DNA from: an uncultured Gammaproteobacteria bacterium
GTDB taxonomy: Bacteria; Pseudomonadota; Gammaproteobacteria; CAWCPV01
DNA: 64,000 bases
Reading direction: 5' to 3'
NCBI GenBank assembly: GCA_963797555.1
Contig: CAWCPV010000002.1
Coordinates: forward strand, 192,001 to 256,000
Made by a program: the position numbers and the translations under genes. Below the pieces are notes generated by a model. The model did not search any database and had not been told where the DNA came from. It saw nothing but the letters and a program-made list of their open reading frames with translations. Shown here in pieces: positions 43,754-53,258 of this stretch (position 1 is its first letter; the number at the start of each line of letters is the position of its first letter).

Positions 43754-44704
43754 CCAGCACCTCCACTGGAGCGGCGGCCCGCAGCGCCTTGGCGAGCCGC
43801 AGCGACGCGCGGCGCAACGCCCGCCGCCAGGGCCCGGAGAACCGCTCGTAGGCGGGGTAGAAGCGTCCGCGCCCCTCCTTGTTCAACAGGCACGCGCCCT
43901 TGTCGTCGACGAAGTGGTGCTCGCGCAGTGCCCGGTCGCGAAACAGCGTCCACACCCAGCGATCGGCGTGCGGGCGCAGAGGTTCGAGCAAGTCGGAGGC
44001 CATCGACTCGCGCCCGAAGGCCGGGCGGTGGAAAAAGCCGATGTACGGGTCCATGCCGGCCCCATAGGCCGCCCTACCGCCTCGAAGTGCAGCAGCGTGT
44101 AGGTGAGGGACAGGCACGCGTTGACCGGATCGCGGGGCGGACGGCGGTTGCGCCCCCTGAACGCGAGGCTGGGTGGAAACACCGACGCCAAGGCCTCGAA
44201 GTAGGCAGCGGCCCCAGCCCCTTCCAGGCCGCGCAAGGTGTCCGGGTCGCGTGTCTCCCGCACCGCTTGCCCCAGGCGCTCCAGCCGCTCGGCGCCGTTC
44301 AGCAGCGCGCGCCGCTGGTCGGGTCGGCGCTCCAGCGCGGCGAGCAGCACCCGGCGCTGGCCGCCCAGCTTGTGCGCAACCAGACGAGCGCTCCAGGCCC
44401 CGCACCAGTCCCGGTCGGTGACCCGCTGGAACTGCGCCAGGCGAACCCGCAGATCGTTGTGGGGCCGGCCCAGCACGATCGCCACGCGCCGGCCTTGGCG
44501 CGGACTGAGGACGAGCACGGCGGTGCCGTTCTCGGCGAGCGCCCCCAGCACGCCCGTGTCCAGGGTCGTCCGGGCATGGATGACGACGCGATCGAGCAGG
44601 GCGAGGGGCACGTCCCGCACCGCGACGCCGTCGAGCCTGAGGCGCAGGCGCCCACCCGCCAGCCCCAGGGTCAGGTCCTTGCGGTCGATGTAGAGCGTGC
44701 TCAC
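43722..44704 (-). CDS. cas1: Cas1 integrase, with a one-base frameshift near 44073
   Basis: LRGLEGAGAAAYF, RNRRPPRDPVNACLSLTY, then DPYIGFFH and ASDLLEPLR in the second frame. Confidence 0.9.
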
Positions 44705-44715
44705 GAGAGCGTCCC

Positions 44716-45000
44716 TCAGCCCTCGTAGAAGAACGGCGGATCGACGGGCGCGACCGCTACTCCCAGCGTACGGACCGGCATCCTGGGATCGAGGCGCACC
44801 ACGAAGAAGCGGTCCACGCGCTCGTCCATGATCTGAGCCACGCAGACGAGCAGCTCGGCGCGTTCCGCCGGGGTCAGAAAGCACTCGTACACCGACTTCT
44901 GTCCGCCCGCGGCGTGGGCGCGCACCACCTCCATCACCGCCGTCAGGCGTTGCGGCGAGCGGATGTCGTAGGCAGCCAGATACAGATTGCGCTCGGTCAC
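44716..45000 (-). CDS. cas2: Cas2 (first copy)
   Basis: AGGA then GTG; YLAAYDIRSPQRL..GQKSVYEC. Confidence 0.88.
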   Translation of the reverse strand: MTERNLYLAAYDIRSPQRLTAVMEVVRAHAAGGQKSVYECFLTPAERAELLVCVAQIMDERVDRFFVVRLDPRMPVRTLGVAVAPVDPPFFYEG

Positions 45001-45017
45001 TCCTGGTCTCCGTGCAT

Positions 45018-45541
45018 TGGCGGATCGGTTCAGTGCCACGGAAGAAATGTAGCCGCAGGGTCGCGAGAACGTGCGTCCGGCAAGCTTGCGGGCAGACCGA
45101 CGGCCAGACGAATGGGCCAAGCGCCGCGCTGAAGCGCGCGGCTAGCGAGCATCGGGCCTGGCGGCGACCCAAGCCTGCAACCGCATGCGCAGCCGAGTCA
45201 GCTCGTCGCCCGACACCAGCCGGATATCGGAGAGCGCCGCCCGCTCGCAGTGCCGCGGGCCCGCCGTAAACCAGCTCACCAGCATGGGTCGCGCAACCAG
45301 GCCGCCGACCTTGCGGATGCTGTCCAGCTTGTAGAGCATTTGGGTCAGCTCGTCGGCATCCTCTTCGTCCCCGCGCGGGCGAGCGGTCTTGCACTCGACG
45401 ATGCACAGGTGGTTGCGCGCCAGGAACGCGACATCCAGCTCATTCTGTACGGGCGGAGATCCCGAGTCCGCGCGCACCTGGAGGTTCGCTGCCACTTCGT
45501 CGATACCCCACGCCGCTGCGTTCAGGGAGAGGGTGGCGGCC
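45018..45541. repeat. Copy A of a ~524 bp direct repeat (3' end of the Card1/Can2-like gene plus downstream intergenic DNA)
   Basis: Near-identical to 51966-52488, about 15 differences by eye. Contains the gene fragment 45142-45541 and the palindrome at 45080. Confidence 0.95.
45077..45093 (-). promoter_or_regulatory. GCCCGCAAGCTTGCCGG upstream of cas2-cas1 (candidate operator)
   Basis: About 77 bp before the cas2 start, in the same relative orientation as the copy at 32171. Confidence 0.55.
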
Positions 45542-45634
45542 TGGATGGATGAGGCGCGAAAAACATCCGCGTCAGCGGAGCCCGCAACGTCGAGACGCTT
45601 TCAAGCCCGGAACGGGGTGATTGGCCATCGGAGT

Positions 45635-47596
45635 TCACGAAACGCCCGGGTACGCGTTTCGCAGATCAAAGGCTTTTCTCCAATAAGCCCGCTCTCGGGC
45701 CTCGTAATACTCCGGGCCGCGTTTGCGTATTACCCGCTCAGGCAATCTTTCGGCAATAGCAAGGCGCTTGCTCGTATCCGACGCCGTGTCAGAATGCGTC
45801 AGATCACCGAGCGCCTCCGCTTCTTCCATGGTGGGATTGTTGACCAGCCTAAAAAACGGGTCAGCCCATCGCTGCGAAACGAATGGATCAATACCGTATT
45901 CGAGGATGAGGGGCAGAACCGTATCGATGAACTGAAACGCTCCTTTCTGCACCCGTTGTGCAAGCTCCCGGACTTTCTCGTCGTCTTTGTTGTCTTCGAG
46001 GATCGGCGCCACGTTACCGTCCTTCTCCTCGTATCCGAGCGTCGTTCCGTGGGGTGCCATGAGCGCAAATTCGAGCAACTCCACGCCTCCGTTGATAAGA
46101 CTTTCCGTGAGCGACCATGGATCGTTTTCATTGACAAGATAACCCCAAAACACATTGCGCGGAAGATAGTTCTGCGGAAGCATGCCGAAGGTTCCGAGGT
46201 AGTAGCCGTGCACGTGAAAATCCGTCCGCACGAGCTGCAGGAGCCGCGAAAACCCCCCCTGCATGTTTCCGGTCCAGCCGATGTCCACGATCCCGACCCG
46301 TCGGACTCCTTGTGCAAGATCGGCGACGTAACGGGTCGGGAGGGGGCGCTTTCTCTTTGCCTCGAGCAGAATGTTGCTCCAGAGCGAATTAAGGAGACGA
46401 AACATTCGTATGTCGCTGTTCGGAACGATTTCGTCGACGAAGGCATATCCTGCCCGCTTGATCTCCTGAAGATAATGGTGGGGATTCATGCCCAGTTTCC
46501 GCAAATGAAACCCGACGGTTCGCGTGGCCCGCCCGCTGAAAAGGTGCCAGACCCGGTCGATGGGAAAATCGACGAAGCTCGGGAGAAGAATCGCTGCCCG
46601 CGAGAAATATGCGTATTTGAGCTCCACGTCCGCACCGAGCAGATCGCCGTACCCTTGGAAGACCTGGTACGGAAGGTAGGCATCCCGCGCAAAAAAAAGC
46701 ATGCGTTCAACCCTGTGCTGTCTTGCAAGCCGCGTTGTCCAGAGAATATTCCCGAGAAAAAGCGGTCCGAAAACCTGCAGGCCAATATCTTCCCAGAATT
46801 CAGGTTCCTCCTCCATAATCCGCTTCCGTATCGAACCCATCATCAGCGACCAGATGTGATTGTCCGCACCCGGTTTTTCCTGCGGCATACGGAGCTGCGG
46901 TTCGGCGTTATGCTTAAGGTAATTGAAGAATTCGGCGTGCAAGCCGGCGGCACGGGGAACAATCACATCTGCATGTTCATTGTCGCCAAAGTGCACAACA
47001 TCGCCCGGTGTCGCCGAAAACCTCCGCAAAACTTCTTCATACATCGAGCCTTGGTGTTTGCTCTTCCGCAGTTCCCATGACACCAGGAGGGTATGCGGTC
47101 CCGCATAGCCGCACACGGATAGAAGCTTTGCGATGAAACGGGAGGGAAGATACATGTCCGAACACAAGACGACCTCGCAGGCGCCCTGTGCCGCAACCCG
47201 ATAGACCTCCAGCATGAGCGGGTTCGGATGGCAAAGCCGCTCTTCAAGCTCGAGTTCCAGGTTCTTCAGGTAACCGCGTTGCTCCTCCGTCAAATGGAGG
47301 ATGTCGGCCAATACTTCATAGATGTCGTCGATTCCCACTTCCGGCGTGCCGGCCGACGCCATCAACCGCACGCGCGCCTCTGCTTCCGCTTCACTCCTCT
47401 TTTGTGCGAAATTGCACGCTATTCCAGGGTTGTAAAGGCCGAATTCCCGGTGCTTCAGCAGCGCCCCGGCCACGTCGAACACATCCGTCGGCCGGTGCAC
47501 GGTACGATGGATAAGTGTATCGAACACGTCGAAGGAGACGACCTTCGCCGCGATTATTCGCGTTGTGTAGTCCTCAAGCAGTTGTTCGCTGTTCAT
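45635..47596 (-). CDS. HAD-superfamily hydrolase-like protein of polysaccharide loci
   Basis: VVSFDVFDTLIHR, SDMYL, HFGDN..AD, FFARDA and VDIGWTGNMQ. Confidence 0.85.
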   Translation of the reverse strand: MNSEQLLEDYTTRIIAAKVVSFDVFDTLIHRTVHRPTDVFDVAGALLKHREFGLYNPGIACNFAQKRSEAEAEARVRLMASAGTPEVGIDDIYEVLADILHLTEEQRGYLKNLELELEERLCHPNPLMLEVYRVAAQGACEVVLCSDMYLPSRFIAKLLSVCGYAGPHTLLVSWELRKSKHQGSMYEEVLRRFSATPGDVVHFGDNEHADVIVPRAAGLHAEFFNYLKHNAEPQLRMPQEKPGADNHIWSLMMGSIRKRIMEEEPEFWEDIGLQVFGPLFLGNILWTTRLARQHRVERMLFFARDAYLPYQVFQGYGDLLGADVELKYAYFSRAAILLPSFVDFPIDRVWHLFSGRATRTVGFHLRKLGMNPHHYLQEIKRAGYAFVDEIVPNSDIRMFRLLNSLWSNILLEAKRKRPLPTRYVADLAQGVRRVGIVDIGWTGNMQGGFSRLLQLVRTDFHVHGYYLGTFGMLPQNYLPRNVFWGYLVNENDPWSLTESLINGGVELLEFALMAPHGTTLGYEEKDGNVAPILEDNKDDEKVRELAQRVQKGAFQFIDTVLPLILEYGIDPFVSQRWADPFFRLVNNPTMEEAEALGDLTHSDTASDTSKRLAIAERLPERVIRKRGPEYYEARERAYWRKAFDLRNAYPGVS

Positions 47597-47627
47597 CGCC
47601 GGAGTTCTGAAGTCAGCGGAGAGGCGT

Positions 47628-48692
47628 TCACCGGCCGTGCCGTGTGACAAACCACGATTTCACCTTGCGGACGGCAGCCCCGGGCCCCCGGGAAAACAGA
47701 ACGCGAAAAAATTGCTTGGCATAATGCCGTTGCTTTCCCGACGCCAGCCACAACCGTGCCAGTTGCACCGAGCGTTTCCAGCGGCGCGAGAACGTGCCCA
47801 ACTCCCTCTCCGTCGTCCGCGTAGAACCGAACGAAGATGGTTGTCCCTCGGATTTCCGGATGGTCTGCTGGAGATCGTGGATGGCCTGCCGCACGGTGAC
47901 GTGAGCGCCGACACCGGTTCCGTGGGCGTGGATATCCCGTCTCAGCCACTCGTTCTTCAACACTGTGGCATAAAGGTCGTGACGGCTGCGATCAGCAATA
48001 ATCGTGTTGCCGTATACGGTCTGGTCGGCAACGCGGTGGTGATAGAAGGCCAGAAACTGAGGGATGATAAAAATATCATAGCGGCACATGAAACGGACAT
48101 TGAAGTCCCAGTCACCCAGGACGGGAAGCTCCGGCCGAAAGAATCCCACCTCCCGAGCTGCGTCGTACCGGAAGAGAAACTGTATGGGTGCGAACTGGTT
48201 TTCGGTGAGAATCCCGTCGAGGGACACAAGGCCCCTCTTATCGGAGGTGCGATACGGCTCGGTCCAGTCGATGTGGACTACATTGCCCTCAATGCGCTCA
48301 AAGACGGCGTTGGCGAGCGTTACCACTCCTGCGACTGTGGGAAGCGCCTTCCGTATCTCCTCAAGCTCCGCCACCGCAACCGTGAGAAATTCCGGCGCCC
48401 AGGTGTCGTCGTCGTCGTGAATCGCCAAATACTGCGTCTGGACGGTATCTACGCCTTTGTTGCTCGCGGCCTCCATCCCGAGAGACTCGGGGTTATGGAT
48501 AACTGAGATCCGGCCCCGTGACAGTGATGCGTAATGCTTAACGAGGCGGTCCACGTCAGCCGGGTCTCCCCCATCGTTGACGATAACCATGCGCCAGTCG
48601 TTATAACTTTGGTTGACGACACTTGCAATGGCCCGCGTGAGGAGAACGGGCCGATCCTTTGTGCGCGTGATAATGCCGACCGATGCCTCCAT
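47628..48692 (-). CDS. Family 2 glycosyltransferase
   Basis: VGIITRTKDRP, IVNDGG, AIHDDDDTW and GDWDF. Confidence 0.9.
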   Translation of the reverse strand: MEASVGIITRTKDRPVLLTRAIASVVNQSYNDWRMVIVNDGGDPADVDRLVKHYASLSRGRISVIHNPESLGMEAASNKGVDTVQTQYLAIHDDDDTWAPEFLTVAVAELEEIRKALPTVAGVVTLANAVFERIEGNVVHIDWTEPYRTSDKRGLVSLDGILTENQFAPIQFLFRYDAAREVGFFRPELPVLGDWDFNVRFMCRYDIFIIPQFLAFYHHRVADQTVYGNTIIADRSRHDLYATVLKNEWLRRDIHAHGTGVGAHVTVRQAIHDLQQTIRKSEGQPSSFGSTRTTERELGTFSRRWKRSVQLARLWLASGKQRHYAKQFFRVLFSRGPGAAVRKVKSWFVTRHGR

Positions 48693-48971
48693 TTCAGATG
48701 AATTGGTCTCCGTGGTTTCGATATACTGTGACCCCGAGAAGCCTGCCTGAAATCCGCAACGACGGTTCCGGGATAGTGCCCCCATCGCGGCGCGAGGCAG
48801 GCTGCTCTTGGGACCGGAAAAGTCTCACGGCGTCGCCGAAGAAACCGCCCACATGGTCAAGGTGCGGGCTGACCGACATGGGCAGGCCCTTCCGCCCCGC
48901 TGCGGGCGAAAAATTGCCACGCGCGAAATATCGTGTCGAGGGAGCGAGAAATCCTTGTTCTCACGCGGGTG

Positions 48972-50184
48972 TCAGGGTATGCGTAAGAGTTTCCTGAGCC
49001 TGCGGAACGGCTGGAGAATGCCGTAGCCCAGTCGATAACTCGACGTTCTGGAATGCTTGGATGAGTTCGGCATCCTTTGCCATGAGGGCTTGTTGAAGTG
49101 CCATGAGGGCTTCTTGAAGCCGTGCCAGAGCGGCGTCCTTTTCCACGTTAAAGCCATGAAGTTGTCGAATCGAATCTTCCCGCTGCCACAGCATGTCGCG
49201 AAAGACGTTTCTTTCCGCGTCCCGTTCGTCGCGCATGCAAGCGATGCGTTCGTCTTTCACGGTGAGCTGGCCGAGGAGTTTCTCGATGGCCATATCCTTT
49301 TCCCACAAAATATCCCGCACGCGGCGGAGTTCTTCCGCCTCTTTCCGGCCAAGGCGCGCGCTCTCTTCAGCCGTGTGCGCTTCCACTTTGCGAAGCTGAC
49401 GCTCCAGAGCCTTGTACCGGGGAAGGTCGGAGGACGCCATAAAGCTGGGATACCACGCCAGAAGCACATCGAACGTTTCCCGGTTCGGTGCCACGCGGTC
49501 TTCACGGATCGTATTGCCACCGTGGAGTCGGTAGCGCAGGAGCCGTTGCTCCCGAAGGAACAGAAGTCCGTGAGGCTGGTCGGCGAGAAACCGAAAAATG
49601 AACTCGTAGTCGAGGACATAGCGGTAGTCGTTGAAGCGTCCGATGCTGTCAAAGACATCCCGCCGCACGAGAAAGTTGGAGGTTGTCAGGAGGATGTTTC
49701 CCGCAAGAAGAGCCTGGACGATATCGCCGGTCTCGACGTAAATCCGCTTCAGATCGTCATACCAGGAAAGCCACCAGTGAGCTTTGTCGCGAATGATGGT
49801 TCCGTCGGCGTCGACGAGTTCCACATCGGAGGCGACGAACGTCGCACCCGTTTCATTGGCCGCATGCATCAGGCGTTCGAGGCGGTTCGGTGCAAAGACA
49901 TCGTCGGAGTTGAGGATCGCTATGAAGGCCCCGCGGCTTTGTCCGATGCCTTCATTCAGTGTTGCGGCTGCGCCCCGGTTCTGTTCGTGATGCATACGCC
50001 GCACCCGACGGTCGTCAAACCCGTCCACGATCTCGCGGGTGGCGTCCGTGGACGCGTCATCGATCACGATGAGCTCAAGGTCCTCGACGGTCTGGGAAAG
50101 CGCGCTCCGGATCGCCGTTTCCACGTACCTTTCGTGGTTATATGCAGGGATAACGATGCTGACGGCCGGGTTGTTCGTCATCAC
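48972..50184 (-). CDS. Family 2 glycosyltransferase with a coiled-coil tail (probable frameshift near 49040)
   Basis: VSIVIPAYNHE, DDASTD and LNSDD; an alternate frame supplies the typical SSYRLG...PFRRL end. Confidence 0.85.
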
Positions 50185-50349
50185 ATGTGGTCACGCATTG
50201 TTTGCGGCATCTCTCACCGCCCGTCAGCGCTTTATACCTGCGCGGGGTACACACAGAGCGTTAGTACTGTCTCGAACTTACCTACACGTTTGGCCAACGC
50301 CGCGATCAATAGGGTTCGATGCACAATCAATGCATTGCGAGCTCGATTA

Positions 50350-50640
50350 AGCGTAAAGCGATTTCTGAGACACTACACTAGCACGGAGACCATTCTGAAC
50401 GATAGGCGGCAGCGGCCCAAAGGGAATATAAGTTCTGCATGAGAAGAATCTGGCGCGAAAACGGCTTTCCGAATCGCTCGCCGGGTATGGCCGGGTCCGG
50501 CTGCCCGTCGGCAGAAAAGAACGGTGTTCCCCGGCCCCGTAGACGACATCGGTGGGGGGTCGCAAGCTTCTTCGATCGAGGGTGTGAGGGCCTTCTTGTG
50601 TATAGACATCGTCGTCGTGGAGGAAGGTGATCCATTCAAA
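50350..50640 (-). pseudogene. 5'-truncated GT2 fragment abutting oriIS
   Basis: EWITFLHDDDVY..DVVYG begins immediately after the oriIS-like sequence. Confidence 0.55.
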
Positions 50641-51035
50641 GTGTAGGAAATTCAAACGCACCTGGCCGCACCTGGCGTAGGGGAAGCTTAGATCCTGTGG
50701 CGGGGAGCGGTCAAGGTTCTGGGGCTCGGCGCAGTGGGGCAGATCCGCAGGTGCATTTGACTTCCGCAGGCTGGTCGAGCCCGCCGCAGGAGGGTAGCTG
50801 GTGGTTGCGTTGGGGGCTTCCCGGCGCGCTGCGCGAACGCTGCCGTTCCCGTTGCGGACAAGTTCCGTTGCTGGGCATGCTAGCTCAGGGTCTGGTCGAA
50901 TTCGGCGGCTGTGAAAGGGTGACGCCCATTCGGGCGGGCCTCGCGCGGGGGGCTGCGCGCGGCGGCTGGGTCGGTTCCCCGAGTTGCCGGAGAATGCGGG
51001 TGACCGAGGCCGTATGGGTCATGAAGGCGATGCTC
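50641..51035 (-). mobile_element. IS91/ISCR rolling-circle element remnant with oriIS
   Basis: GCGTTTGAATTTCCTACAC (minus strand, 50659-50641) resembles the ISCR oriIS. The transposase C-terminus IAFMTHTASVTRILRQLGEPTQPPRA/APARGPPEW..EFDQTLS* lies at 50880-51035. Confidence 0.7.
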
Positions 51036-51681
51036 CGAAGCGACCGGGGTTGATGCGACATGCCCGTTGGTCGTGGTGGGCCGCACTCGACGCTGCTGCG
51101 TACCGGTAGCCAGTACCATTGGCGGTCCCGCATGGCGGCGGCAATGGCGAGCGTGGCCTCAAGCACTGTCGCGGCGCAGACCACCGGCGCTCCAGCATGT
51201 CGTCGGCGTCGAAGATGCTGATGATGAACGTCACCAACCGGAGCTTGCGGGGGAGCTTGCCACGGGCGTTGCGGGCTCGTAGGACTTCGGCGTGCCTGTT
51301 GTAACACGACGGGCAGAGCCTCCCGCTGATAAGCCGCCGTGCTTGGCGTCCACACCGGGAGCAGCAGCGCTCGACCAGGCGTCGAAGCTCGTGCGCTCCA
51401 GGGGTCTGCGGCATCATGACGACGCCGGCATGCCGCACGCCAATGGCACAGCTACGGCAGAAGCGGAGGGGATGGCCCACATCCGCTTTTTCGCGTCTCG
51501 CGCAGCGCCATCGAGCGGCGCAGGCTTCGGGACTGAGTTTGAGGTGCCCGGGTGTCTTGGGGCATGTGAAAAGAGCGGATGGCGAGGCGGACGAGGGTAC
51601 AGCGGAAGACACAGTAGAAGGCACAGCGGCAGGCTGAAGCATCGGCAACCCCCCGTGTTGGTTATCGGGTGCTGTCGTCAT
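51019..51681 (-). CDS. Cys-rich phage-like hypothetical protein (probable frameshift near the C-terminus)
   Basis: SD GGAG; CxxC clusters CRSC, CSRC and CPSCYNR..RNARG. Confidence 0.55.
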   Translation of the reverse strand: MTTAPDNQHGGLPMLQPAAVPSTVSSAVPSSASPSALFTCPKTPGHLKLSPEACAARWRCARREKADVGHPLRFCRSCAIGVRHAGVVMMPQTPGAHELRRLVERCCSRCGRQARRLISGRLCPSCYNRHAEVLRARNARGKLPRKLRLVTFIISIFDADDMLERRWSAPRQCLRPRSPLPPPCGTANGTGYRYAAASSAAHHDQRACRINPGRFGASPS

Positions 51682-51965
51682 ACTCCATCCGAAAGCCAGG
51701 GGGCGCAATGGCAGGGTGAAAACAGCGGTCCTTCACCTCCTGACACCTGTTCAGCGGGTTTTGGCTGCTTGCCTGCTGGTGGAACCGTTATCGCACCCAC
51801 CGCCCACGGGGCTATGCTTCGGGACTTCTCTCGCATCCCCGATCCGGTAGCCCATCGCATCGTAGCACCGAAGCCGACCGCGAGACTTTGCGCCGGGTCT
51901 GAGTATTGGCGGCAGCTTGGTTTTTGGCGAAGGGTTCTGTGTTGGCTCGGGTAAGTCGTGCGAAC

Positions 51966-52488
51966 TGGCGGATCGGTTCAGTGCGCGGAAGAAATGTAGC
52001 CGCAGGGTCTCGAGAACGTGCGTCCGGCAAGCTTGCGGGCAGACCGACGGCCAGAGGAATGGGCCAAGCGCCGCGCTGAAGCGTGCGGCTAGCGAGCATC
52101 GGGCCTGGCGGCGACCCAAGCCTGCAAACGCATGCGCAGCCGAGTCAGCTCCTCGCCCGACACCAGCCGGATATCGGAGAGCGCCGCGCGCTCGCGGTGC
52201 CGTGGACCGGCCGTAAACCAGCTCACCAGCATGGGTCGCGCAACCAGGCCCCCGACCTTGCGGATGCTGTCCAGCTTGTAGAGCATTTGGGTCAGCTCGT
52301 CGGCATCGTCGTCGTCCCCGCGCGGGCGGGCGGTCTTGCACTCGACGATGCACAGGTGGTTGCGCGCCAGGAACGCGACGTCCAGCTCATTCTGTACGGG
52401 CGGAGATCCCGAGTCCGCGCGCACCTGGAGGTTCGCTGCCACTTCGTCGATACCCCACGCCGCTGCGTTCAGGGAGAGGGTGGCGGCC
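51966..52488. repeat. Copy B of the ~524 bp direct repeat
   Basis: Matches 45018-45541 and includes the palindrome at 52027. Confidence 0.95.
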
Positions 52489-53258
52489 ACATGCTGCTCG
52501 AGCCAGCCGCCGTTCGCGAAGCTGCGTCTCTGCTCGTCGGGGAACCGTACGCTGCCGCTGCGAGCGTCGAAGGCCAGGACACCGGCCTGGTCCAGCCGCC
52601 GGAGCAGCGTCAGCACCCGGCGGTCCCGAATCTGTCCGGAGTTGAGGGTCACCGGGCCGCCGGTGTTGCGGGCCTGCGCGGCCGCCCAGTTGAGCGTCCG
52701 CAAGGCCGGGTCCTGAGAGGCCGCGAGCTCGGTGAGCTCCGCCGTCAGCGCCTCGTCCCGATACGCGCTCCCCGTCTCCCGCGACACTTCTTGATAGCCA
52801 TATGCCCTCAGGTAGTCGCGGATGCTCAGGTGGCTCTCCAGCTCGAACCCGGCCCGCTCGTGCGGGTGCAGCCAGGTCAGCGTGTTGTCGGTCTCCACGT
52901 AGAGGGCGGGCAGCCCGCGGCGGCGGAACACCTCGTAGGCGGCGATGGACATGGGCTTCTGCCCGCCCGTGGCGTTCAGCACCGCCCCCTCGGCGCCGAC
53001 CTCGGCCAGACACCGCTGCACGTCCTCGCGCACGCGGGCGAGGTTCAAGCGATCGATGAGCGGCCAGAGCGTCGGCTGCACGCCGTGGCCTTCGAGCACG
53101 GCGCAGAGGCGCTCGGCGCGCTGGGACATCTCGGGGCTGGTGAACAGCACCACCTGGCGGGGCCGCAAGCGGCTGTCCAACACCGCAGCGAGGTTGGGAA
53201 TGGGCTGCCCGGAGACGATACAGAAATGGGTCGTGAAGGGATGCAGCGTCTCAGCCAA
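52089..53258 (-). CDS. CARF plus PD-(D/E)xK nuclease, DUF1887 / Card1-Can2-like cOA effector
   Basis: IVSGQPIPNL, LNATGGQKPMSI, GGWLE and NELDV..IVECKT. Confidence 0.85.
   Translation of the reverse strand: MAETLHPFTTHFCIVSGQPIPNLAAVLDSRLRPRQVVLFTSPEMSQRAERLCAVLEGHGVQPTLWPLIDRLNLARVREDVQRCLAEVGAEGAVLNATGGQKPMSIAAYEVFRRRGLPALYVETDNTLTWLHPHERAGFELESHLSIRDYLRAYGYQEVSRETGSAYRDEALTAELTELAASQDPALRTLNWAAAQARNTGGPVTLNSGQIRDRRVLTLLRRLDQAGVLAFDARSGSVRFPDEQRRSFANGGWLEQHVAATLSLNAAAWGIDEVAANLQVRADSGSPPVQNELDVAFLARNHLCIVECKTARPRGDDDDADELTQMLYKLDSIRKVGGLVARPMLVSWFTAGPRHRERAALSDIRLVSGEELTRLRMRLQAWVAARPDAR

Noticed and set aside
45389-50442. Long plus-strand ORFs 45389-47080 and 49057-50442
   Set aside because: They are antisense to the HAD and GT2 genes, which carry clear motifs.
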